A stretch of 26,488 nucleotides of DNA from a bacterium (lineage in GTDB: Bacteria > Acidobacteriota > Blastocatellia > HR10), in assembly GCA_041640655.1 (NCBI GenBank), contig JBEPZV010000036.1, positions 1 through 26,488 of the forward strand, written 5' to 3'. Below, in pieces: positions 1 to 7,798 of this stretch. The translations under genes and the position numbers were made by a program. Position 1 is the stretch's first letter. Every line of letters begins with the position of its first letter. The notes beneath the pieces are model-generated. The model worked only from the letters and a program-made list of their open reading frames with translations, was not told the origin of the DNA and did no database searches.

Positions 1-310
1 CGTTATGGGCGAACCTGCGTAACACATACAGCGTGGAGTCGTAGGCTTCCGTCAGTAAGGAGATGTTCAGGTTCGCAGATACTGCAGCGATCTCTCGAAT
101 GGCTGAATCGCCAACCGTCCCGTGAACTGCTGGAGCATCTTCCAAAGGAGGAATAGCACTCCGCTCCTCACGTGCGAATAGAGCTGCGAGGAGATGTTCA
201 CTCCAGGAGGTCCTCACGTTCACCTCGGGAACAGACGAGGATACACTGAATATCGTAAGGATGGGGGAATTCAAGACAAACATCGAAATCAGTGCCACAT
301 GAGCTCTCAT
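1..310 (-). CDS. Hypothetical protein, N-terminal part only (runs off the left edge); possibly exported
   Basis: Hand translation from the ATG at 310 gives 103 codons with no stop (MRAHVALISMFVLNSPILTIFSVSSSVPEVNVRTSWSEHLLAALFAREE...). A strong RBS GAGGAGGAG and a TTGACA/TATACT promoter lie upstream. The N-terminus is hydrophobic. It is absent from the ORF track, presumably because its stop is outside the window. Confidence 0.7.
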   Translation of the reverse strand, partial: MRAHVALISMFVLNSPILTIFSVSSSVPEVNVRTSWSEHLLAALFAREERSAIPPLEDAPAVHGTVGDSAIREIAAVSANLNISLLTEAYDSTLYVLRRFAHN

Positions 311-353
311 GGCTCTCCTCCTCACCTGAATTTTCCCATCACAAGCGGCCAGC

Positions 354-394
<41 letters not shown>

Positions 395-452
395 GCCTGC
401 GAATGATCCGAGCGATCTCCACACCGCTTCACGGCGTCTCGCGAGGGGGGAA

Positions 453-481
453 TTGACCCGCGCGCGGATCTCGGGTATTCT
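453..481 (+). promoter_or_regulatory. Sigma70-type promoter for the M48 protease gene
   Basis: TTGACC(453-458)-17 nt-TATTCT(476-481). Confidence 0.65.
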
Positions 482-496
482 GGCGAAGGGTGAGCT

Positions 497-1483
497 ATGC
501 GGATCGGAAGCGATGCGCGAAGACGACGTCGTCTCTCGATTCTCGTGCTGGGGCATCTCGCCCTCGGGCTCGCGCTCGGCCTCCCCTATCCCGAAGGGGA
601 CGCGAGAACGCGCGCGCTCGGCCTGGTGGAAGCGGCGGGCCAAAGCCGAAATCCGTACGACAAGTATCGTCGGGCGAGCTACAGCAATGAGGGCCTGTAC
701 TCGGAACAGGAGGAGATCCGCCTCGGAGAGGAGCTGCATAAGCAGTTGCAGAAGGAGCAACGGCTCGTGCGCGACCCGGAGTTGGTCGGCTATGTGCAGC
801 GTCTCGGGGAACGGCTGGCGCGCGTCTCCAAACGTCCGGAGCTCGACTATCACTTCTCCATCATCGAGGACCCGACGGTGAACGCATTCGCGCTGCCGGG
901 TGGCTATCTCTACGTGCATACGGGCTTGTTGGCGACGGTCGAGAGTGAGAGCGAACTCGCCTCGGTGCTCGGGCACGAGATCGGGCACGTCGTCGCGCGG
1001 CATGGGCTCAAGAACTTCAAGCGAGCGCAGAAGTATCAATTCATCGTCGGCTTGGTCAACCTGGGCATTGGAGCGATCGGAGGCGAGGGCGCGTCGGCGC
1101 GCGTGGGGCAGACGATCTCGCAGCTTCTGGCGGCGGGCGTCTTCACCAAGCATTCGCGGGATGCCGAGCGCGAGGCGGATTTTCTCGGCCTGCACACCAT
1201 GTACGCCGCCGGATATGATCCGCGCGGCATGATCTCGATGTTCGAGAAACTGGAGCGCCTCTCACGGCAGAATCCCGACCTGCTCGGCTTCGTCTTCCGC
1301 ACGCATCCGCCGGCGTCCGAGCGCATTCGGAACACGCAGGCGGAGATCACGGACCATCTGGCGCTCGATCCGCGACTGGTGCGCGACACGCCAGCCTTCT
1401 CCCTGATGAAGCGTCGGTTGAGAGAATTGGGGTTCGCCCGGAATGCAGAATCCTCCGCTTGGCGGAGACAACGGCTCCGATAA
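497..1483 (+). CDS. M48 family zinc metalloprotease (BepA/YfgC-like peptidase domain), exported
   Basis: VNAFALPGG, HEIGH (HExxH), EREAD third-ligand helix, GYDP and THP motifs. Basic plus hydrophobic N-terminal signal or anchor. Confidence 0.92.
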   Translation: MRIGSDARRRRRLSILVLGHLALGLALGLPYPEGDARTRALGLVEAAGQSRNPYDKYRRASYSNEGLYSEQEEIRLGEELHKQLQKEQRLVRDPELVGYVQRLGERLARVSKRPELDYHFSIIEDPTVNAFALPGGYLYVHTGLLATVESESELASVLGHEIGHVVARHGLKNFKRAQKYQFIVGLVNLGIGAIGGEGASARVGQTISQLLAAGVFTKHSRDAEREADFLGLHTMYAAGYDPRGMISMFEKLERLSRQNPDLLGFVFRTHPPASERIRNTQAEITDHLALDPRLVRDTPAFSLMKRRLRELGFARNAESSAWRRQRLR

Positions 1484-1645
1484 AGGGCGCTCGACGCACA
1501 GCTCGCCTGAGAGCGGGCGATGCTTGCTCGCGCGATCGAAGACTTCTTCGCTGCGCTGCTTATTGTGAATCGCGGATGGAGCGATGCTCTCCACCGTTGC
1601 GAATCGGCTCCCTGAGCCCCGGCGAGTGAGCGTGATGAGCGAGCC

Positions 1646-3787
1646 TCACGGCTTCGGCTTGGGTTTTGGTCGCTTCTTCTCCAGCATCTTCACGTGATTA
1701 CGCGCGACGGCGGCATACGGCCCATCCGTGCACTGCTGAAAGGCCTCGCGCGCGGCCTCATACTCGCCCCGGCGCTCATGGACGAGACCGATCAGGTAGT
1801 AGATGTCGGGGTTCGAAGGGTCAAGCTTCTGGGCCGCGCGATATTCGCGAAGGGCATCATCATAACGCCCGGCTGTGAAATGTTCGTTCCCGCGGCGCAC
1901 GTGTTCGGCGATGGCCAATGGCGAGGCGCTTGTCGTCTCCTCGATGCGAGAAGAGGGCTCTTTCACCGGCGCCGCCTCGGCGGGTGATCCGGCCTGTGGG
2001 GGGGATGTCAGGGATGGTATGGCAGACGAAGGACGGCGGATGGGGGTGGCAGATGGTGCCTCACTCCGGCGCGATGGCTCCGGCGGTGGAGGAGACGGGG
2101 GGGATACCGTTTCGGCGGAGGTCGCCTCCTGCCGGACTTCAAGAGCGGGCGATGGCACATCTTCCGATCCTCTCCAGAGCCAAAGAGCGAGGCCGAATCC
2201 CGCGAGGCCGAGGCCCACGATTCCTCCCGCAAGGGCGCGCCGAGAGCGCCACCATCCGGCTGTCGTCCGAGGACGCGCGTTCTCCGCTGTCGGCGCCGCA
2301 GGCGCGATCCGTTGCGTCGCGGTATCGGCGAGCGTGTCGAAGCTGGCAGAAGAGGGTGAGAGCTTCTCCTCCGTCGCCGTGGCACGCGCCGTCACTCCCT
2401 CCTTCTCCCTCCAGTGGGCGAGCCGCGCGAAAATATGCCCTCGACGGGGGCGAAGCGTGAGCACGAGGGGGAGCATCTCCCCTTCGACGACGTCGCACTC
2501 GATGTGGGCCGGAGCATACCGTGGATGTCGCACCGTGATGCGATGCCGACCGGCACGGATGTGGTCCAACACGCACGATCCGCGCTCATCCGTCACGCCC
2601 ACGCGCACCCCGTCCAGGAAGACCTCCGCGTGTGCGACGGCGCACTGCAGAAGTATGCTCCCAAGGGGCAACGGATTCAGCTCCACAAGGAGCACGGACT
2701 CCCCCCCGCGCTCTGAACCCACGGTCTCCCGCCATAGGTGGTGGCGAGGTGAGGCCACCTCGACGATGTGCGGGCGCGCGGCGAGCCCCAGGACCGTCCA
2801 CTTCCCTTCGGCATCGGTCTGTCCCGCATATCGGCCATCCAGGTAGACGAGAGCCGCCGCCACCGGGGCGCGTGTCCTGGCATCCCGACACTCCAGGCGC
2901 AGCTCCCCCCCTCCCCGCCCGATCGCGTGCCGAAATGCTCGCGCCAACTCCAGGGCCGAGGAGAACCGCGCTTCAGGATCCTTGGCCAGAGCGCGTTCGA
3001 GCACATCCTCAACGGCCGGGGGGAGATCCGGGCGAAAGCCTCGGGGCGAAGGCGGCGGCACATGCAGATGCTCATAGATCACCCGCTCGACGGAGGCCGC
3101 GTCAAAGGGCACGCGCCCGGTGAGCATCTGATAGGCCACGATCCCCAAGCTGTAGATGTCCGACCGATGATCAATGGCCGCTCCCGCCCGAAACTGTTCG
3201 GGCGAGGCATAATGCACCGTTCCCATGGCGCGACTGACGCGCGCGCTCGCCGTCGAATGGAGCACCTTCGCGATCCCGAAGTCGAGGATCTTCGGGATCA
3301 GCTCGCCCTTGTAATCGGTGACGAGCATGAAGTTGGCGGGCTTCAAATCCCGATGCACGATGCCCCGCGCGTGGGCATGAGCGAGCGCTTCGCCGATCTG
3401 CTCCAAGAATGTCGCCACCTGTTCCGGCGGCAGAGGTCCCCGTCGTCGGATCTCCTCCTCCAGCGTGCGCCCGGAGAGCCACTCCATGACGAGGAAGGGA
3501 AGCCCGTCGTCCGTCATGGCGGCATCGGTGACCCGGACGATGTACGGATGGTCCAGTCCCACGGTCGCTTTCGCCTCTTTGAAGAAGGCTTCGACCAACT
3601 CGGGATCGGCGAGCGCCAGATCCGGCTTGAGGACCTTCACCGCCACCGTCGCCGTCGTCACCAGATGGCGTGCGCGATAGACGATGCCCATCCCGCCGAT
3701 TCCCACCAACTCCTCCAGATGGTACCGATGGGCCAGGGCGGTGCCCACCAGGCCGTAGGGGTCGCGCGTGAGTTTCGGTCTCTTCAT
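1646..3787 (-). CDS. Hanks-type Ser/Thr protein kinase with two PEGA-like repeats, one TM helix, a Pro-rich linker and a C-terminal TPR
   Basis: GIGGMGIVY, VAVK, HRDLKPAN, DFG, GTVHYASPEQ and DIYSLG motifs. Repeats V(Y/F)LDG..GxTD..G. TM segment ALAGGIVGLGLAGFGLALWLW. TPR-like GNEHF..GRYDDAL..Y..A..LDP. RBS GGAGGAG. Confidence 0.93.
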   Translation of the reverse strand: MKRPKLTRDPYGLVGTALAHRYHLEELVGIGGMGIVYRARHLVTTATVAVKVLKPDLALADPELVEAFFKEAKATVGLDHPYIVRVTDAAMTDDGLPFLVMEWLSGRTLEEEIRRRGPLPPEQVATFLEQIGEALAHAHARGIVHRDLKPANFMLVTDYKGELIPKILDFGIAKVLHSTASARVSRAMGTVHYASPEQFRAGAAIDHRSDIYSLGIVAYQMLTGRVPFDAASVERVIYEHLHVPPPSPRGFRPDLPPAVEDVLERALAKDPEARFSSALELARAFRHAIGRGGGELRLECRDARTRAPVAAALVYLDGRYAGQTDAEGKWTVLGLAARPHIVEVASPRHHLWRETVGSERGGESVLLVELNPLPLGSILLQCAVAHAEVFLDGVRVGVTDERGSCVLDHIRAGRHRITVRHPRYAPAHIECDVVEGEMLPLVLTLRPRRGHIFARLAHWREKEGVTARATATEEKLSPSSASFDTLADTATQRIAPAAPTAENARPRTTAGWWRSRRALAGGIVGLGLAGFGLALWLWRGSEDVPSPALEVRQEATSAETVSPPSPPPPEPSRRSEAPSATPIRRPSSAIPSLTSPPQAGSPAEAAPVKEPSSRIEETTSASPLAIAEHVRRGNEHFTAGRYDDALREYRAAQKLDPSNPDIYYLIGLVHERRGEYEAAREAFQQCTDGPYAAVARNHVKMLEKKRPKPKPKP

Positions 3788-3886
3788 CAGCTCCTCCGCC
3801 CCTCGGGAGAAGAAACAAGCCTAATCGGCGACCGTCAGTTTGATGACCGAATCCATCTTCTCCACTCCCGCCGCATCTTCGGCGAG

Positions 3887-3916
3887 AGTGTATCACCCGA
3901 CCGCAGGAGGAGACAA
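3887..3916 (-). promoter_or_regulatory. Sigma70-type promoter (extended -10) for the kinase gene
   Basis: TTGTCT(3916-3911)-18 nt-TACACT(3892-3887), with TGn immediately before the -10. Confidence 0.55.
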
Positions 3917-3966
3917 GGAGCGAGGGATCATCGCCCGGAGATCGGCCCGCGCAGAGCGCTCGCGAT

Positions 3967-4644
3967 TCACCGCGTCGAAGAGGTCGGGTCCTCCTCCACG
4001 CCCGTGATGCGAATGCCGGCCCGCCGCGAGCCGTAGCGCCGATTGAGCGAGAGCAAGAGCGGCGTGATCGCTTCGACGGCGCGCGCCATCTCCAGGGGGC
4101 CGGCGTCAAATGCCCGCATGCCCAACCGACGGATGAGCCCAATCACCAGGGCCTTCGCCGCAGGATCATCGCCGCAGACCAAGATGTCGCAGTCAACGGC
4201 GTGCTGCAGATTCTGCAAAGCCACGGCCGAGACGTTCTGAAAGGCGGCGACGACTGAAGCGGCATCGTTCAAAAGCGCGCGCGCCTCCTCAGCCGCCGAA
4301 CGTTCCGACCGTCGCTTCAACCGCAGGGGGTTTTGCGGATCAAGCGGCACCGTCGTGTCCACGAGGATCTTCCCCCGAAGCTCCGGCGCGATCGCCCGCA
4401 GCGTCTCCTCGTGCGCGACATAAGGCACGCAGAGGAACACGAGATCAGCCGCGCGCGCCGCCTCGCGATTCTCCAATCCCGTGACCGCCGCTCGACCCAA
4501 TCGGCGATTCATCTCCTCGGCCGTCGCTCGCGCCTTCTCCGCCTGGCGCGAACCGATGAGCACTTCATCTTCGCCCAACGCGGCCAATCGCAACACGAGC
4601 CCGCGTCCTTCTTTTCCCGTTCCTCCGATGACGGCGATTCTCAC
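3967..4644 (-). CDS. npdG: NADPH-dependent F420 reductase (F420H2:NADP+ oxidoreductase, Fno/NpdG)
   Basis: MRIAVIGGTGKEG Rossmann start, IGSR, VVAAFQNVSA, DAGPL..A..VE..TPLL..LN motifs, and cof operon context. Confidence 0.9.
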   Translation of the reverse strand: MRIAVIGGTGKEGRGLVLRLAALGEDEVLIGSRQAEKARATAEEMNRRLGRAAVTGLENREAARAADLVFLCVPYVAHEETLRAIAPELRGKILVDTTVPLDPQNPLRLKRRSERSAAEEARALLNDAASVVAAFQNVSAVALQNLQHAVDCDILVCGDDPAAKALVIGLIRRLGMRAFDAGPLEMARAVEAITPLLLSLNRRYGSRRAGIRITGVEEDPTSSTR

Positions 4645-4656
4645 CGATCTCTCCTC

Positions 4657-5409
4657 TCAGCGAAAGAGATCGCGCTCGGGCGGACGCACGAGCGCGGCGG
4701 CGGTCCCCTCTTGCGGCTCATACACATAGCCACGGATGATCGCCGCGGGAATCCCCGCCAGCTTCTCCATCACCAGACCGGCCGCACACGCCAGCTCATC
4801 GGCGACGGCCACGAGCGTGGCGTGAAGTGGCAACCCGAAGCGATCGCGATGCCCGCGATAATCCTTGAGCGGCGCCAGCCCGGCCACCCCGATGGCGACT
4901 TCGGTCAAGCCCTCGCGCCAGGGCCGACCGAACGTATCCGTGATGAGGACGGCGACCTCGACGCCCACACGCCGTTTGATCTCCTCTCGAATGGCGCGCG
5001 CCGAGGCATCGGGATCTTGCGGCAAGAGCGCCACGCGCCCCTCGCCCACATTCGATCGGTCCACGCCGGCGTTGGCGCAGACCAAACCCTGTCGCGTCTC
5101 CACCACAAGCACCTGCCGATCCATGCGCACGATGCGCCGCGCTTCACGCAGGATCACCTCGGTGAGTCGCGGATCTCTCCCGGTCTGCTCGGCGACCGTG
5201 CGCGCGAATGCCGAGGGCTCGACCTCCGCGAGCGCGATCAGCCGCCCCTCGGCCTTGGAGACAATCTTCTGCGTGAGGACCACGATGTCTCCCTCCTCGA
5301 GAGCGAGCCCTTCGGCGGCCAGCGCGTCAAGCAGCAACGCCACCAGGTCATCGCCCGGCCGCACTTCGGGTAATCCCTCGATGCCGATCACCTGAATCGC
5401 ACGCGCCAT
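4657..5409 (-). CDS. cofE: Coenzyme F420-0:L-glutamate ligase, single domain with no nitroreductase fusion
   Basis: PEVRPGDDL, KIVSKAEGR, CANAGVDRSN, DTFGRPWREG, ADELA and C-terminal DLFR motifs. Confidence 0.95.
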   Translation of the reverse strand: MARAIQVIGIEGLPEVRPGDDLVALLLDALAAEGLALEEGDIVVLTQKIVSKAEGRLIALAEVEPSAFARTVAEQTGRDPRLTEVILREARRIVRMDRQVLVVETRQGLVCANAGVDRSNVGEGRVALLPQDPDASARAIREEIKRRVGVEVAVLITDTFGRPWREGLTEVAIGVAGLAPLKDYRGHRDRFGLPLHATLVAVADELACAAGLVMEKLAGIPAAIIRGYVYEPQEGTAAALVRPPERDLFR

Positions 5410-6056
5410 GACAGACCCTCCAACAGCCGGGCCGTGTGCGAATGCGCCAGATGTTCCCCTTCCTCAGCATATCGGCGCGCGAGTTCGCTGAGGTCCTCGG
5501 GGGCATCCACATCCAGGGCGATGCGGGGCAGGTCGAGGACAGCCGCGCGCAACTTCCGTTCCTCGGCCGCGCGCCGGTGGAAGCGGAAGCTCTCCTCCCC
5601 AAAGCGCAAGGGAAGCCTCGCGGGCAGACGCAGCCACAGGGCGTTCGTCCCTCGACGATCGCGCGAGGGCACGAGCACGACGTCCGCGCGCTCGCCGGCC
5701 CGAAGGATCGCCTCCACATCTGCCGGAGTGATGAGCGGCACATCGCCGGGCAGCGCGAGCACGGCTCGCACGCCGCGCCGGTGCGCTTCGTCGAGCGCGC
5801 GCTCGACGGCCACCGTCTGACCGCGATTCTCGGGCTCCGAGAGGATCAGGGCCTCGAAGCGTCGGGCAAGTGCTATGGCATCCGGCTCGCGTGTGACGAG
5901 GACGAGCTCATCCAGCGCGCGGACGCGCGCGAGCGCGGCGAGTACATCCACGAGCATCGCGCGAGCGAGCGCCCGACGCTCATGCGGGGCGAGCGTCGCG
6001 CGCAGCCGCTGCTTCGCCGCGTCGAAGTCTTTGACCGGAACGACTGCCCAGATCAA
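5388..6056 (-). CDS. cofC: 2-phospho-L-lactate/PEP guanylyltransferase (CofC/FbiD)
   Basis: AVVPVK...AKQRL, GDVP, GTNAL, FGxxSF..H and LDVD..EDL motifs. TTG start overlaps the cofD stop (TTGA). Confidence 0.92.
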   Translation of the reverse strand: MIWAVVPVKDFDAAKQRLRATLAPHERRALARAMLVDVLAALARVRALDELVLVTREPDAIALARRFEALILSEPENRGQTVAVERALDEAHRRGVRAVLALPGDVPLITPADVEAILRAGERADVVLVPSRDRRGTNALWLRLPARLPLRFGEESFRFHRRAAEERKLRAAVLDLPRIALDVDAPEDLSELARRYAEEGEHLAHSHTARLLEGLSWRVRFR

Positions 6057-6985
6057 GCCTCAGAGTGTAGGCAGGCGAGCGCCACTTGCGCAAGCCGCAC
6101 TGCCGCCTCCCGATCGCTCATCAGCAGCGGCGCCGTGAAGACGCGCAGGCCCAGGTGTTCGATCGCTTCGCGCCAGCCAACGTCTCGCTCATCAATGAGG
6201 AGCCGATCGGCGATCCCCGCGTAAAAGCGCGCGACCCCAAGCGGCGAGACCTCATACCCGCAGGCGCGCATCAGCTTTCCCGCCGGACCGCTCACGGCCT
6301 CCGTCCCGATGATCGGACTGATCGCCAGCACCGGAGCGCTCGCCCGCTTGAGCGCTTCCCGCAGGCCGGGGACGGCGAGGATGGGGCCGATGCTCGTGAT
6401 GGGATTGCTCGGCGCGATGAGGATCCCTTGAGCGTCGCAGATCGCCTCGATCACCCCCGGCGCCGGGCGCGCGCGCTCATGCCCCCAATACTCGACACCG
6501 GTGACCTCGGGCTGCCACCGCTCGCGCACGAAGAATTCTTGAAAGGCGAGTACGCCCACCGACGTCCGGATGCGCGTGCGGACGGGATCATCGGACATCG
6601 GCAGCACGCGCGCGCGCACATCCAGGCATCGGCACAACGTCGCCGTCACCTCCGTGAGCGAGCGCCCTTCTCGCAGGAGCTGAGTCCGAACCAGATGCGT
6701 CGCCACATCTCGATCGCCGAGCTTGAACCATGTGGGCTCTCCGTAAAGCCCCATCATCGCCAAGCACGCAAACGTATCGGCGCGAACGCCCCAACCGCGC
6801 GCTTCATCGAGAAGACCCGCCAGTTGATACATGAGCGTATCCAGGTCCGGCGAGATGTGCAGGCCCCACACTTCGGTATCGTCCCCGGTGTTGACGATGA
6901 GGGTGAGGTCCTGCTGAGGGATCACCGCGAGCAGCCCGCGCAAGAATCGGGCCGCTCCGGTTCCACCCGCGAGCATCGCGATCAT
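6053..6985 (-). CDS. cofD: 2-phospho-L-lactate transferase (CofD/FbiA)
   Basis: LAGGTGAARFL, VNTGDD, ISPDLDT, WFKLGDRD, PMSD, FQEFFV, PSNPITSIGPIL and VSGPAGKLM motifs. Start reassigned to the ATG at 6985, which follows RBS GAGGAGGAG. Confidence 0.95.
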   Translation of the reverse strand: MIAMLAGGTGAARFLRGLLAVIPQQDLTLIVNTGDDTEVWGLHISPDLDTLMYQLAGLLDEARGWGVRADTFACLAMMGLYGEPTWFKLGDRDVATHLVRTQLLREGRSLTEVTATLCRCLDVRARVLPMSDDPVRTRIRTSVGVLAFQEFFVRERWQPEVTGVEYWGHERARPAPGVIEAICDAQGILIAPSNPITSIGPILAVPGLREALKRASAPVLAISPIIGTEAVSGPAGKLMRACGYEVSPLGVARFYAGIADRLLIDERDVGWREAIEHLGLRVFTAPLLMSDREAAVRLAQVALACLHSEA

Positions 6986-7035
6986 CTTCTCCTCCTCACG
7001 CGCGAGCCCCCATGGCGGGAGCGTGACGAGCGATG

Positions 7036-7064
7036 ATTCTACGGCGCGCGCGCCGCCTTGCGAA
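7036..7064 (-). promoter_or_regulatory. Putative sigma70 promoter of the cof operon
   Basis: TTCGCA(7064-7059)-17 nt-TAGAAT(7041-7036). Confidence 0.5.
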
Positions 7065-7079
7065 AGGCGGGCCCGTGTG

Positions 7080-7095
7080 GTAAGTATGTACTTAC
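7080..7095. promoter_or_regulatory. Palindromic operator, probably the TetR autoregulatory site
   Basis: Perfect AT-rich inverted repeat GTAAGTA-TG-TACTTAC directly before the tetR RBS (GAGGAG, 7100-7105). Confidence 0.75.
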
Positions 7096-7114
7096 TTTCG
7101 AGGAGCCGTCGGTC

Positions 7115-7798
7115 ATGGGCGCAGGGACGACAGCGGCGATCGAATCTCGACGTCTCTCGGCCGAGGATCGGCGTCAGCAGATCATCCGGGCCGCCATCGC
7201 GTTGTTCGCGCAGAAGGGGTTCGAGGGAACGACGACCCGAGAGATCGCCCTGGCGGCCGGTGTGAGCGAAGCCCTCATCTTCCGCCACTTCCCGACGAAG
7301 CAGGACCTCTACGCGGCCATCATTGATTCCAAGATGAAGGAATGCCACCGCTCCTTTCACCAAGAGCTTCAGGAGGCGATGGCTCATCGGGACGATCGAG
7401 CGTTCTTCACTCGCCTGGCTGAGGAGATCCTGCGGATGTACCACGAGGACCCGAGCTTCGTCCGCCTGATGCTCTTCAGCGCGCTCGAAGGGCACGAGCT
7501 GAGCCGCATGGTCTATGAGACGCACGTCGCGGAGATGTTCGAGGAGCTGGCCGCCTATATCGGCCATCGCGTTCGCGAAGGCGCGTTCCGTCGGGTGGAC
7601 CCGCGCGTGGCCGCCCGCGCATTCCTGGGGATGATCGCCCATCACGCGCTGGTGCGCGAGCTGTTCGATCCCACCGGGCGCTTGCTGAATCTCGATGACC
7701 GCACGGCGGCGCGCGCTTTCGCCACGCTCTTTCTGGAGGGCGTCGCGCGCGGATCGCGCCGAAATCCCTCATCTTCTCGGAGGATACGCGCTCGATGA
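7115..7798 (+). CDS. TetR/AcrR family transcriptional regulator
   Basis: HTH region RRQQIIRAAIALFAQKGFEGTTTREIALAAGVSEALIFRHFPTKQDLY. Start at the ATG at 7115 after the RBS. Stop overlaps the next start (ATGA). Confidence 0.95.
   Translation: MGAGTTAAIESRRLSAEDRRQQIIRAAIALFAQKGFEGTTTREIALAAGVSEALIFRHFPTKQDLYAAIIDSKMKECHRSFHQELQEAMAHRDDRAFFTRLAEEILRMYHEDPSFVRLMLFSALEGHELSRMVYETHVAEMFEELAAYIGHRVREGAFRRVDPRVAARAFLGMIAHHALVRELFDPTGRLLNLDDRTAARAFATLFLEGVARGSRRNPSSSRRIRAR

Noticed and set aside
497..560. Tat signal in the M48 protein (RRRRR)
   Set aside because: The Arg run lacks the RRxFL consensus and fits an ordinary basic n-region equally well.
1453..1520. Small hairpins near the M48 gene end (CTCCGC-TTG-GCGGAG and TCGCCTG-AGAG-CGGGCGA)
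   Set aside because: Short stems are expected by chance at this GC content, and there are no U-tracts.
6986..7645. 220-aa N-terminal extension of cofD in the ORF track (530 aa)
   Set aside because: It is antisense to tetR and crosses the promoter region. CofD motifs and a strong RBS begin at 6985, so this is not a fusion.
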